The notes beneath the pieces are model-generated. The model had not been told where the DNA came from and searched no databases. It saw nothing but the letters and a program-made list of their open reading frames with translations. The position numbers and the translations under genes are program-made. Shown here one piece after another: positions 1 to 9,278 of a DNA stretch of 64,000 nt. Numbering within the stretch: position 1 is the stretch's first letter; each line of letters begins with the position of its first letter. Source of the DNA: an uncultured virus (IMG/VR IMGVR_UViG_3300044627_003959) (lineage: Duplodnaviria; Heunggongvirae; Uroviricota; Caudoviricetes); IMG/VR virus record IMGVR_UViG_3300044627_003959. One strand, written 5' to 3'.

Positions 1-237
1 CAGACTGCTCCCTATCAATTCGGCTTCGTCGCATACAAATTCCCGCATAACCGCTGGATTGTATTTCATTATTTTGCCTTTTCTTATTATAAATAACAAA
101 GCCGGATTGTGTTTCCAAAAAAGAGATAATTCGGATTCTATTTCAACTAATTGATCTGAAAGCACGCGCAGCTTAGGCAGAAAACTTCTCTTTTCTTTCT
201 TGACTGTAATTTCGTCTTCTACTAAAGGTGATTTCAT
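1..237 (-). CDS. 5' part of a PAS-domain-like protein (runs off the window start)
   Basis: Open minus-strand frame from ATG at 237, translated by hand: MKSPLVEDEITVKKEK...LLFIIRKGKIMKYNPAVMREFVCDEAELIGSSL. The end resembles the PAS N-terminal pattern (G-x-I-x-x-x-N-P-A...E-L-I-G). Not in the ORF track because it is truncated. Confidence 0.45.
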   Translation of the reverse strand, partial: MKSPLVEDEITVKKEKRSFLPKLRVLSDQLVEIESELSLFWKHNPALLFIIRKGKIMKYNPAVMREFVCDEAELIGSSL

Positions 238-294
238 ACGGCTTAGGTTGTAGTGGTAATTAGATAAATAAACTCAATCCAAACTAATAAAATT

Positions 295-768
295 ATGTAC
301 TGGCAAAATATTAATCGTGTAACTATCGGGGGTAACATTTGCAACGACCTTAAACTCAGAGATATTAAAGGGGGCAAATCCGATACTAAGGTAGTAGATT
401 TTTCAATAGCTAACAACTTGAAATCCTCTGATAATCAAAACAGCAAAGCACATTTTTACCGATGCGAAGCCTGGGGTAAGACAGCCGAAACTATTTGTAA
501 CTTTTTCAAAAAAGGAGACCCTATTACTATAGATGGTACACTGCATCATAGTAAGTGGACCCATAAGGATACAAAAGAAGACGTCGAAACTATAACCATT
601 CGCGTTGAATCTTTCTTCTTCCCGCCTACGAGAAAGAGCGGAAAGCCGGAAAACTCCGAACCCAGAGTACCCGGTAATTTCCCGCCGCCCATTCCTACTA
701 CTGGAGACGCACCGATCTTGTATTCTTCACAAACTGCAATTGATGATAAAGACGATATCCCATTCTAA
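295..768 (+). CDS. ssb: Single-stranded DNA-binding protein
   Basis: INRVTIGGN, FSIANN, CEAWGKTAE and KKGDPITIDG OB-fold motifs; acidic tail DDIPF. Confidence 0.95.
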   Translation: MYWQNINRVTIGGNICNDLKLRDIKGGKSDTKVVDFSIANNLKSSDNQNSKAHFYRCEAWGKTAETICNFFKKGDPITIDGTLHHSKWTHKDTKEDVETITIRVESFFFPPTRKSGKPENSEPRVPGNFPPPIPTTGDAPILYSSQTAIDDKDDIPF

Positions 769-799
769 TAGTTATGCGCTATGCGACAGAGTAGTTAAA

Positions 800-812
800 T
801 GTGTTATATAAT
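800..812 (+). promoter_or_regulatory. TGTGTTATATA-class promoter motif
   Basis: TGTGTTATATAAT in intergenic space at the head of a long operon; motif recurs at 9808, 26925, 27412 and 27956. Confidence 0.6.
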
Positions 813-912
813 CTTGATACGCTGTTGAGGTTATCAAAGTGGCGTGATTGATTCAATCACGCCACTTTGTATTTATATACGTATCAAAAGAGTAACTCGC
901 GAACAAAACAAT

Positions 913-1191
913 ATGGCTAAATTCATACTAGAAATCGAAGACGTTAAAGATGCAGATGCAATTAATATTAATTACGAATTTAAAGATTCTAAAATCGGGG
1001 TAGAAGAAAATATCGATCCCGCTACGCGCACCGCCGCAGAAAATTTAGCTTTGGCTGTTATGTATCATATTAATGATTTAACTAAAGCTCTGGATAAATT
1101 TACAGCAGATTTAAAAAAAGGATGCGATAAAGAATCATGTGCTTGTGAAACCGCGAACGAGCCCGCAGTAAATGACTCCAAAACGGTCTGA
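913..1191 (+). CDS. Hypothetical protein (ATG at 913 preferred over GTG at 844)
   Basis: ORF track; A/C-rich leader before the ATG. Confidence 0.7.
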   Translation: MAKFILEIEDVKDADAININYEFKDSKIGVEENIDPATRTAAENLALAVMYHINDLTKALDKFTADLKKGCDKESCACETANEPAVNDSKTV

Positions 1192-1678
1192 TGCCGAGTT
1201 AAGAAAGCTTGCTTTAGATATAATGAGCGGGCTTGTGTTTGGTTCTTGGAATTTAATAAATCAAAAAGATATGCCCTTGGTTTTCATGTCGCTTATCTTT
1301 GCTTCCAAGAATCAGGTACCGCAGGACGTAGGCACGGTATACGAATATTATTCAGAAGCAGGGCCCCGTAGTATTAACGGTTATCCTATTTTTACCAGCT
1401 GCTATTTTTTAACGGAAGCTGAAACAGACACCGTTCAGCTATATTGTAATGAGTTAAAAAAAGAACGAAACAAATTTTTAAATGAAGAATCTAAAACTAA
1501 TACTGTCAGAATTGAACCAGAGGCTGCAACAGGAATACCAATGGATTCCAGGAACTCCACCAAACGAGCTCCTAGCTCAGCCAGCGATAGCGCAACCCAC
1601 GTCGACACAACCAATAGTCGACTTCTTGCACTTTTTAAACGCGTCACCGCAAGCAACGGGCCTTCTCAAAGATTATAA
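1172..1678 (+). CDS. Hypothetical protein
   Basis: ORF track; the last 197 nt overlap the next ORF. Confidence 0.6.
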   Translation: MTPKRSDAELRKLALDIMSGLVFGSWNLINQKDMPLVFMSLIFASKNQVPQDVGTVYEYYSEAGPRSINGYPIFTSCYFLTEAETDTVQLYCNELKKERNKFLNEESKTNTVRIEPEAATGIPMDSRNSTKRAPSSASDSATHVDTTNSRLLALFKRVTASNGPSQRL

Positions 1679-2018
1679 TATCGAATGGGGAGTAACAAAT
1701 AAACCTGATACGCGCGGCGAATTACCCGCAAGCGAAGAACTCAGGCCTGATTGCTGTGTAGATAGTGTTAAGGAGCAGGCAAAGACTAGTGCTGTGACTG
1801 ATACACCCCGGACTAATTCTATATGGGGTGGGCTATTATACACCCACTCATATCTGCAAAAGTCAGTGGAAGAGACAAGCTTAATTGAGCGTGAGCTTAA
1901 TGCCGCAAATGATCAACTGCACAAAGTTTGCATTCGCTGTGGTGAGTGGGCCGAAATCGCAGGAAAGCACGGGGCTGAGCTGGACAGGCTGCGCGCTCTT
2001 ATAAACACAGAACACTAA
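1482..2018 (+). CDS. Hypothetical protein
   Basis: ORF track; C-terminal 'TDTPRT...IERELNAA' coiled segment typical of small phage orphans. Confidence 0.6.
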   Translation: MKNLKLILSELNQRLQQEYQWIPGTPPNELLAQPAIAQPTSTQPIVDFLHFLNASPQATGLLKDYNIEWGVTNKPDTRGELPASEELRPDCCVDSVKEQAKTSAVTDTPRTNSIWGGLLYTHSYLQKSVEETSLIERELNAANDQLHKVCIRCGEWAEIAGKHGAELDRLRALINTEH

Positions 2019-2038
2019 ATGTATATCTTATCTATAAT

Positions 2039-2314
2039 ATGAGCGGTGCCTACCTTCGTGTGTTAAGACACAATAAATGGGAAAATGTTGAGGTTGAACA
2101 CTTAACAAAACAAGAATTAATTGATAAGTTTTCACAGCGCCCCGCTGAAGAACTTGTTAATTGGATAAGTATGCTTTGTGAAATAGTTAAAGCCAATGAA
2201 ACTATTTTGCAGGAATTAGAAAATGAAGGTTTAATAAAAAAAATAACAAAAGAAGAATTTATTAATATCGCTGCAAATGACACTCCCTCACGTAAACAAG
2301 ACTCCCCATTTTAA
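2039..2314 (+). CDS. Hypothetical protein
   Basis: ORF track, operon packing. Confidence 0.65.
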   Translation: MSGAYLRVLRHNKWENVEVEHLTKQELIDKFSQRPAEELVNWISMLCEIVKANETILQELENEGLIKKITKEEFINIAANDTPSRKQDSPF

Positions 2315-2600
2315 AGCAACCATAGACGAGCATAATGTAAACGGATTATGTATAACGACTAATGTTAAATCTTTATCCGAAACAGTATGGACTGCTAGTA
2401 TCCGAGAGGAATTTTGCTCGGCTATATGGTTTTTAGTGGCGTTTGTAGCTGACATTGCCGGGTGCCACCCGTGGGTGTTTTGGACATTTATAGTTAAAGC
2501 TATTTTTGATTTTATTTTTAGTATTATCATTGCCATTAGAGACATGAAAGAAGAAGAAAAACTGCTTGAAAAATCTAGAAGAACCGAGCCAGAGACCTGA
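2277..2600 (+). CDS. Small membrane protein (2 hydrophobic segments)
   Basis: AIWFLVAFVADIAG and VFWTFIVKAIFDFIFSIIIAI. Confidence 0.6.
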   Translation: MTLPHVNKTPHFKATIDEHNVNGLCITTNVKSLSETVWTASIREEFCSAIWFLVAFVADIAGCHPWVFWTFIVKAIFDFIFSIIIAIRDMKEEEKLLEKSRRTEPET

Positions 2601-3093
2601 TATTTATTTGAATGATAGTATTGTAAACATAGCAAAAAATCATATGCTGACAGACGGTTTTGTAGCCTCTGTTTTCATTACTATAAAAGATAATAAGTTT
2701 GCAGCGTATCCTGTTCCGCCTAATGAGATGGACGATAAAGATGAGCTTGCGCGTAAGCTTAAAAATCTAGTTGATACACAACAACCTGATTTTTATTATT
2801 TTATCAATGAGGTATTTTTCTACAAAGCCAAGGCCCAAGATCCTAAAGGCATTGATGAGTTTGTTAAGGAATATGTGGGGCCTGACGGTAAGCTATTAGT
2901 ACCGGATAAAGATAAAGCCGAAGCGATCCACATAATGGCTGTTCGTGTAGAACCCGATAAATCAAAATCTCGCTGGAGCGCAATTATAGAATTCCACCGA
3001 GATGGAAACGGTAAAGTTTCTCACTTCTCCCCCGAGAATTGGGTAAAAGACAAAGAACAAGACATCAGCATAAAAGGAAGATTCACGATATGA
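2566..3093 (+). CDS. Hypothetical protein
   Basis: ORF track; stop overlaps the next ATG (ATGA). Confidence 0.7.
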   Translation: MKNLEEPSQRPDIYLNDSIVNIAKNHMLTDGFVASVFITIKDNKFAAYPVPPNEMDDKDELARKLKNLVDTQQPDFYYFINEVFFYKAKAQDPKGIDEFVKEYVGPDGKLLVPDKDKAEAIHIMAVRVEPDKSKSRWSAIIEFHRDGNGKVSHFSPENWVKDKEQDISIKGRFTI

Positions 3094-3437
3094 AAGACAC
3101 GCTCGCCCCAACAAAAAAAGCTAAAGATTCACAAAGGTTCACACCTGAGTTTAGAGCTCATGTGCTTGACTTCATTAAAGAGAAAGGATGCAGTGTCTCG
3201 GACGCCGCTTCTCGTTTTAATATTAAAAACTCTAATATCCATTATTGGTTAAAGGTACAGGGCAATAAACCTAAAATTGATTCCATTTCTGATGTGATGC
3301 TTGATAAACCCAAGAAATCAAAAAAGAAAGCAACCATGGAAGATTCCTTGCCTAATGTGTCTTTTTGTCCTTGCTGCGGAACAAATATTAAAGCCGTGGC
3401 TATCGCGTTAAGCACTTACAATTCCATCGCACTATGA
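3090..3437 (+). CDS. Helix-turn-helix protein with C-terminal CxxC (CPCC) motif
   Basis: RFTPEFRAHVL...SVSDAASRFNIKNSNIHYW HTH; FCPCCG; start at ATG 3090 coupled to the upstream stop. Confidence 0.65.
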   Translation: MKDTLAPTKKAKDSQRFTPEFRAHVLDFIKEKGCSVSDAASRFNIKNSNIHYWLKVQGNKPKIDSISDVMLDKPKKSKKKATMEDSLPNVSFCPCCGTNIKAVAIALSTYNSIAL

Positions 3438-3802
3438 TCAATCATAGAATAATTTCTTCTTCGCTTATTGATTCTGATATTGCTACGCAGTTATTAAATT
3501 ATAAAGTTATTCGTTTAATTCAACATGGGTTCTCGGGTGAAGGCATAGCAAATCTTACAGGTTTGACTAATTCTCAGATTCATTACCGCGTACGTATGTA
3601 TGAGTTACAGGGCGTCCGTCGTCAATTTAGAAACGGCGCTACACCAGCAGCAGATGTTGTTGTAAAGTTGGCTGTTGATGTCCCAAAGGCTAAACAGAAA
3701 CGAGATAGCGCAGTATATGAATGCGTCAGGAAGAGTGTCCTGGCTGCGTATAAGTCAAACCCCCGGCCTAATAAAAAAGGAAAAACAAAAAATGGGCGCT
3801 GA
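3434..3802 (+). CDS. Putative HTH DNA-binding protein
   Basis: GFSGEGIANLTGLTNSQIHYRV HTH-like segment; basic tail. Confidence 0.55.
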   Translation: MINHRIISSSLIDSDIATQLLNYKVIRLIQHGFSGEGIANLTGLTNSQIHYRVRMYELQGVRRQFRNGATPAADVVVKLAVDVPKAKQKRDSAVYECVRKSVLAAYKSNPRPNKKGKTKNGR

Positions 3803-4160
3803 GGCTATATACTCTGATATCTATGACAGAATAGCTAAGCTGAATTCACAGGAAAAAGAGTTACGCGATGAACTCGTAAGGATACGAACAGAAAGAGAAA
3901 ATTTAAAATCTCAATGTAACGTATCTTATTTAATATCTAGACCAAAGTGGGTAGCGGATTTACCGCGAGAATTTTGGTACCCTGCTTATACAGCTAGCTC
4001 TGTACTCAATGATCTCAATCCAAATATGGAGCAAAGAAATATTGCTCCAGACTTGACCGACTGGCAGAAAACCGGGGGCCTAAAGGAATTTGTATTTAAT
4101 ATTGGTGTGACTGTGGTGATTGTTTATTTCGCCTTACAGCTTGTGTTCATACTGTTATGA
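3792..4160 (+). CDS. Hypothetical protein with coiled coil and C-terminal membrane anchor
   Basis: ATG at 3792; hydrophobic C-terminus IGVTVVIVYFALQLVFILL. Confidence 0.6.
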   Translation: MGAEAIYSDIYDRIAKLNSQEKELRDELVRIRTERENLKSQCNVSYLISRPKWVADLPREFWYPAYTASSVLNDLNPNMEQRNIAPDLTDWQKTGGLKEFVFNIGVTVVIVYFALQLVFILL

Positions 4161-4714
4161 GTCTCAACGCAGTAACAAGCTTACGCCAATATGTAAATAC
4201 GCTGGCGTCTATACGTAGGCAAGGCAAGATACCTTCGAGTTTTACTGATGAAAATGTAAAAATTGAAGCTGACCCTGAATCCTCGCTACGTGATTCTAAT
4301 GGATTAGAACATATGTTTTTAGATTTTATTAATATTAATAAAGAGCATAAACTCAAAGGTAAAGTAGGGGGCTGTTACAAGTATGCTTATAGAGCTTCAT
4401 GCGACTACGACAACCTTATTTACTGCGAAGGTTACGCTGTAGGTCGCGGGCTGGGTATACCTTTAATGCATGCTTGGTGTGTAGATAAAAATACACACCA
4501 GGTGTATGATCCAACATGGAAGAATAAAAACGCAGGTGAATCTTATTGTGGTTTACCTCTGAGTACTAGGTTTATTCATGCTGTCATGATACAGTCTGAA
4601 TTATATGGCGTACTGGATAACTTGTGGTATGTCACTAAAAAGTTAAATAACTTTAAACTGAACGAAATAGTACACAAAGATTTTCATGATTTAGTGTTTG
4701 CTAAGTCTATTTAG
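4157..4714 (+). CDS. Transglutaminase/papain-like fold protein
   Basis: Cys-His-Asp order: GGCYKYA, YCEGYA, HAWCVD, VYDPTW. Confidence 0.6.
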   Translation: MSLNAVTSLRQYVNTLASIRRQGKIPSSFTDENVKIEADPESSLRDSNGLEHMFLDFININKEHKLKGKVGGCYKYAYRASCDYDNLIYCEGYAVGRGLGIPLMHAWCVDKNTHQVYDPTWKNKNAGESYCGLPLSTRFIHAVMIQSELYGVLDNLWYVTKKLNNFKLNEIVHKDFHDLVFAKSI

Positions 4715-4740
4715 TATGTAGGTTACATTACTAATGTATT

Positions 4741-5334
4741 ATGAAAAAGGATAACATACTAATATGTGCTGACTGTAATAAACCTATGGTTTCTTATGAT
4801 CTGCATGAATTTAAATGCGACAAAACAAACATAACCTTAAAAATGGAAGAGAAGTTATGTTTGTTTTGTACGTCTAAAACTCTAAGTATAGTCGATACGC
4901 GCTTCGGAGACGCCCAATTTAATATAGGGAGAACGGAGGCATTAGATGTTACGCTTAGCGACGATAGAGTTAGTAAGTACCTTGAACCAGAGTTTATATA
5001 TAATGTAGTTTTAAATCATTATAAAAATTATATATTAAACCTGTGCGTAGTTAAAACAGGATATGTTTGGTACGATGGGTTTGAAATCGACTTATGGGAG
5101 AGTATAACAAGTAAAAGCAACAGGTTAAAGCTTACCAAAAAGCAGATATCTGATATGCGACTGTACGTCAAATCTACAGGCTACTGGTTAACCGCTCCCG
5201 GGCATGAGCTCGATTTTGATTCTAGCATTTTACCTCTTATAAAAGTAGAAGAGTGGTTAGAGATATACAAAAGAAAACAAACGCAAAAATCTAATGAGCA
5301 GCAACGTACTGGAAGAACTGAGAAGAACACCTGA
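4741..5334 (+). CDS. Hypothetical protein with N-terminal Cys pairs
   Basis: CADC and CLFC motifs. Confidence 0.6.
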   Translation: MKKDNILICADCNKPMVSYDLHEFKCDKTNITLKMEEKLCLFCTSKTLSIVDTRFGDAQFNIGRTEALDVTLSDDRVSKYLEPEFIYNVVLNHYKNYILNLCVVKTGYVWYDGFEIDLWESITSKSNRLKLTKKQISDMRLYVKSTGYWLTAPGHELDFDSSILPLIKVEEWLEIYKRKQTQKSNEQQRTGRTEKNT

Positions 5335-6433
5335 TCTTAAAAAGAAAATTAAAGAAATTCTTGATCAAAAATTTATTTATACAGCTAACATCGCCGGAAT
5401 TATAGCTTCCGCTATTTACGCGAAACAAAATGTTGTCTTGTATGGTCCAGGCGGTCACGGCAAGTCTGAGATGGTGGAATGTGTATTGGAAGGCTTAGGC
5501 CTTTGGAATAAAAGCAATCCTGCGGATTCAACCACGCTGGTTCAATCATTTGGCGAGGGATTAACAGAGGATGCTCTGTGGGGCGGTATTGATTTTAAGA
5601 AACTAAATAATACATCTAACCCCGAGATGTGGTTCAACGTGGAGAATTCTTTCTTAAATTATCCCGTCGCGGTATTTGAGGAGCTTTTTGATGCTCCGGC
5701 TTTTTGTTTGCTGCCGCTAAAGCATACGCTTCAGGCTGGGTTCCTTGCCAAAAATGGTAAGTCCTACCCTATGAAAACTGAAATTATTATTGCGTGTACA
5801 AACCGGGATCCAGAAGAGATCGCAGAAATGGGTGAAACTTACCGCGCCTTACTGGAGCGCTTTGTTTTACGTCAAGAAGTGGTGTGGCAAAAATATGACG
5901 TGCCTAGCTATTCTAATCTGCTTAAAAAGCATAAAAGCATAGATAGAATTCCTGAGGAGCTTCGGACTGTGTTCGCGACCACCTGTGCGAACTGTTTTGA
6001 TTCTGGTAATTTTATTTCTCCGCGTACAGCTATGAAAGCTGTTGATGTTATCTGCGGCGCGGCTACTTCAGCTAATAGACAGCTTGCAGTAATTGAGGAT
6101 TTGCACGCTTTATCTGATGTTGCTGGCTTCGGAAAAGCTACACAGAAACTTAAGGATTCGTTTGAGCTGATTATCCGTCAGTCTAAAGCTGAAAATGAAA
6201 TGCAAATTAAAACCAAGGAGTTTGACGAGCTTATAAAACAAGTCGAGAGCGGCACGGTTCACAAGGTTATTGAGTATTGTATTTTAGCGAAGAAATTCCT
6301 GAATCTACATGACATGTTTAGCGCTATCAGTGTACCTGATAGTATGTACGATAAAAAGATGTCGTATGCGCACGCCTGTGCAGACAAATCTAATGCCTGT
6401 ATGACACAGGCTTTAAATCAAACTAAAGTATAA
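5294..6433 (+). CDS. MoxR/RavA-like AAA+ ATPase
   Basis: Walker A GPGGHGKS, Walker B VAVFEE, ACTN sensor, ALLERF Arg finger, ISPRT; adjacent VWA gene. Confidence 0.85.
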   Translation: MSSNVLEELRRTPDLKKKIKEILDQKFIYTANIAGIIASAIYAKQNVVLYGPGGHGKSEMVECVLEGLGLWNKSNPADSTTLVQSFGEGLTEDALWGGIDFKKLNNTSNPEMWFNVENSFLNYPVAVFEELFDAPAFCLLPLKHTLQAGFLAKNGKSYPMKTEIIIACTNRDPEEIAEMGETYRALLERFVLRQEVVWQKYDVPSYSNLLKKHKSIDRIPEELRTVFATTCANCFDSGNFISPRTAMKAVDVICGAATSANRQLAVIEDLHALSDVAGFGKATQKLKDSFELIIRQSKAENEMQIKTKEFDELIKQVESGTVHKVIEYCILAKKFLNLHDMFSAISVPDSMYDKKMSYAHACADKSNACMTQALNQTKV

Positions 6434-6437
6434 TTTA

Positions 6438-7913
6438 ATGCAAACCACAATCGCGAGTGGCTATCTGCCGCCGTCTGAATCATTGATTCAGACGGCGGCG
6501 AAAGCGGCAAACATAAAAACTAAGGCAGATAGTTTTATTTTAGATGTATGTAATTTGAATGCTGCAGGTAGGTTTATGACTGCTGAAGAATTGAATACAG
6601 AAATCCAGCATGAGCTGGAGACGAAGTATCCAATTATTTCTACACGCATAAAAAATTCGCCATTTCAACGTACGGACACAGGAAAAACCTACGGGAAATA
6701 CAGCGCAGCGTTCAAAGATTTCACAGATAACAAGTTGGAACTAGCAGGAAAAACGAGACACGCTTTAGAAACTATTCCAGACTCCGACGTTCCCGGGGAA
6801 AGTCCCATGGAACGCGCTGTTAATTTAATACAATTACTAGAGGCACAGACGCAGCAGCAAGATGGTGAGGACGGCGAAGACTCACCCTTAACTCAGCTTA
6901 GTGACCTACTAGACAAGCATAATGTATCCGCAGCCAAGAAGGCTTTAGACGAAGCAAAGGGCTTATCCGCAAAGGAAAAGAAACTACTTAGTGAGCTTTC
7001 AGATATTAAAAAGAATAAAGGCGCGGGCTCCGGTAAAGGTAAAGGTGAAGGGGCAGGCGCAGATAGCAAAGATGCTAAAGCGCCTGAAGAACCTGGAGTT
7101 GGCGGCTCGTCCGCCGGTAAAGCCGCCGGGGTTAAAGGTAAAAATGTATTAGAACTGGCTGTAGCTATAAGCGACAGACAGCTGGCAGAAATTATTCGCA
7201 TCAGCAGGAAGTTGAAAGCTATTTCACAGCTTAATACTTCTAAACTAGTAGAATTTGTTCCGGACTCTGCAGGGCAAGAGGTGAGGAATAAACAAATGCA
7301 AAATTTTAATGATGTGCATAAATTGAAGTCTTCGCAGTTCGCGCAGATGACTTCAAATAAAGCATTGTTCAATTACAGAGCAGTAACTAATCAATATGTG
7401 ATTCGCGAGCGTGGGTATTTCAAAGAAAAGAAACAATTGCTTTATGTGCTGATTGATTGTTCTGGTTCTATGACCGATGGAGGAATGTCTCGTGTTAATA
7501 TTGCGGCAGGGGTTCTTGTTAATCGTCTTATGGCTGTCGCTAACGGAGACGCTAAGTTATACTGGCGCTTTTTTGATACGAAGCTACATGATATGACTTT
7601 TGTTGAAGATAAGAATCAAGCCTATGATTCTATTAATACTGTGCTCAAGAAAGAAAATTATAGCGGAGGTGGTACCAACTTCAACGTCGCTTTAACCGGC
7701 GCTGTGTCACATATAACGTCTATTGCTGAATCTTTAGACATCGTTAAACCTGAAATTTTTATGGTTACAGACGGCGATTGCTCGTGCGCTGTGAAGCATA
7801 AAGATTTGAAAGGAATAAAGCTACATACGGCGTTTGTGGCTTACTTGGGCGAAAGCTCCGAGCTTAAAAGGCTTTCTAGAGAAAGCGGCGGTGTCGCATT
7901 ACAGCTGACTTGA
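6438..7913 (+). CDS. VWA-domain protein (ViaA-like partner of the AAA+ ATPase)
   Basis: MIDAS motif DCSGS, GGGTNF and MVTDG. Confidence 0.88.
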   Translation: MQTTIASGYLPPSESLIQTAAKAANIKTKADSFILDVCNLNAAGRFMTAEELNTEIQHELETKYPIISTRIKNSPFQRTDTGKTYGKYSAAFKDFTDNKLELAGKTRHALETIPDSDVPGESPMERAVNLIQLLEAQTQQQDGEDGEDSPLTQLSDLLDKHNVSAAKKALDEAKGLSAKEKKLLSELSDIKKNKGAGSGKGKGEGAGADSKDAKAPEEPGVGGSSAGKAAGVKGKNVLELAVAISDRQLAEIIRISRKLKAISQLNTSKLVEFVPDSAGQEVRNKQMQNFNDVHKLKSSQFAQMTSNKALFNYRAVTNQYVIRERGYFKEKKQLLYVLIDCSGSMTDGGMSRVNIAAGVLVNRLMAVANGDAKLYWRFFDTKLHDMTFVEDKNQAYDSINTVLKKENYSGGGTNFNVALTGAVSHITSIAESLDIVKPEIFMVTDGDCSCAVKHKDLKGIKLHTAFVAYLGESSELKRLSRESGGVALQLT

Positions 7914-7929
7914 AATGATGTGGAAAACA

Positions 7930-7956
7930 AAGCGCGGAGGAAATACCTCCGCGCTT
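7930..7956. terminator. Perfect 11-bp hairpin (possible terminator or processing site)
   Basis: AAGCGCGGAGG-AAATA-CCTCCGCGCTT; no clear U-tract on + strand. Confidence 0.45.
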
Positions 7957-7964
7957 AAATCACT

Positions 7965-8285
7965 ATGGAAGAAACAAAAGTAAAACGTCCGAGAGGACGA
8001 CCAAGAAAAAATCCTCTACCAGAGGAACCTAAACCTAAAAGACCTAGGGGAAGACCCAGGAAAAATATTTTCGCGGAGGCAGTAGCTAAAACAGCAGTGG
8101 CTGCTCCGCATAGATTAGTAAAAGATTATTGTATTATAACACCTGATGATCTACGTATGTGGATTGAAAGTACAGGCCGCGCGCTATTCGTAGATGCGCT
8201 GAACCAGCACAATAAACTTACTAAAGCAAAAGTTTCTACAGAAATTCGTTGGCATACGGATAGAATTGATGTAGTAGCTAAATAA
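7965..8285 (+). CDS. AT-hook DNA-binding protein
   Basis: Two KRPRGRPRKN motifs (AT-hook core RGRP). Confidence 0.75.
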   Translation: MEETKVKRPRGRPRKNPLPEEPKPKRPRGRPRKNIFAEAVAKTAVAAPHRLVKDYCIITPDDLRMWIESTGRALFVDALNQHNKLTKAKVSTEIRWHTDRIDVVAK

Positions 8286-8297
8286 GTACACACTTTC

Positions 8298-8687
8298 GGG
8301 GGCGTACTGGTTTCGATAGATATGACGAAGGAATTAAACGCAAGTCGTGGTTGATCGGTTGGCCACGTAAAAAGCCGTTCAAAAAACTAAATGAAGACGA
8401 TAACATCGCCTCTCTGCTGGCCGAAGCTGAGTCCATCAAGGACAACGCCGACGCTTACCTTCCTCAGGAAGAGCTCGCGCTCGCCTAAGTAAGGGAGCAT
8501 CTCTAAAGTTGTAATGAGATGCTAGCCTATAACAACCTAAGTCTACCAAAGTTATTCGCTTACTTTGACTAGACCTAACAATTGAAATCGGATATCCGCC
8601 AACAGGAGATAAAAGTTGGGAAACTTGTAATTCGGAAGTTTTGTAGTTATGATCTAGACAGGGGTTCAACTCCCCTCGCCTCCACCA
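8298..8687 (+). ncRNA. ssrA: tmRNA
   Basis: 5' GGGGGCG pairs with 3' CGCCTCC including the G3:U Ala determinant, followed by ACCA; GGTTTCGA near the 5' end; T-arm AGGGGTTCAACTCCCCT; internal tag frame 8393-8488 ending ...EELALA-stop. Confidence 0.93.
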
Positions 8688-8688
8688 T

Positions 8689-8763
8689 GCCCGGTTAGCT
8701 CAGCGGTAGAGCAGGTCCTTTACACGGATAAGGTCGGGAGTTCGAATCTCTCACCGGGTACCA
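8689..8763 (+). tRNA. tRNA-Val(TAC)
   Basis: Cloverleaf: GCCCGGT/ACCGGGT acceptor, TAGCTCAGCGGTAGAGC D-arm, TT-TAC-AC loop, GTTCGAATC T-loop, encoded CCA. Confidence 0.93.
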
Positions 8764-8770
8764 CTTTCAG

Positions 8771-8789
8771 CACACACACACACACACAC
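8771..8789 (+). repeat. (CA)9 dinucleotide run in the leader of the 8795 ORF
   Basis: cacacacacacacacacac. Confidence 0.9.
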
Positions 8790-8794
8790 TAGCA

Positions 8795-8944
8795 ATGCAA
8801 GTCACTGTAACGGAAAAAAAGCTGCAGCATATTAACGCGGCGCTACAGCACTACGGGCTCGACCCTATAGAGAATGAAGAAGATTTAGATAAGTTTATTT
8901 TAGATTTTTTTGACACTTTGACGTACGAGTACGACCACCAATGA
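8795..8944 (+). CDS. Small acidic protein, 49 aa (below the ORF-track cutoff)
   Basis: MQVTVTEKKLQHINAALQHYGLDPIENEEDLDKFILDFFDTLTYEYDHQ; stop overlaps the next ATG (ATGA). Confidence 0.6.
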   Translation: MQVTVTEKKLQHINAALQHYGLDPIENEEDLDKFILDFFDTLTYEYDHQ

Positions 8945-9243
8945 GAAAAGCACAACTGAGCGAAAAGGTTTGTTTAAATGAAATAGGGGCTCACGCAATC
9001 AGACACACGGATGGTTGGTGGGTAGGAAACGATAAAGGTATTCTTTGCTATAAAGATCACTATTTAGCGCGCGTAGCTTTAACCATTTTATGGCAGAGAG
9101 ATGGGGGTAAAAAATTGAATTATTCTATTCAAACATTTACTGGCGCGGACACAATTAATGGTACACATACGCCAAAATTTTCAGCTGAAGAAGCTATAAA
9201 TAATTACGAGGATAAGCCTAAAAGGTGTAGAATACGTAGTTGA
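8941..9243 (+). CDS. Hypothetical protein
   Basis: ORF track. Confidence 0.65.
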   Translation: MRKAQLSEKVCLNEIGAHAIRHTDGWWVGNDKGILCYKDHYLARVALTILWQRDGGKKLNYSIQTFTGADTINGTHTPKFSAEEAINNYEDKPKRCRIRS

Positions 9244-9278
9244 CACATTTTTTAAAAAGGTTAATTAGTAAAGAACAT

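Noticed and set aside
3090..3437. IS3-family transposase OrfA
   Set aside because: HTH resembles it, but there is no DDE integrase ORF or terminal inverted repeats nearby
8436..8669. Minus-strand 77-aa ORF
   Set aside because: Antisense to the tmRNA, with no protein-like features
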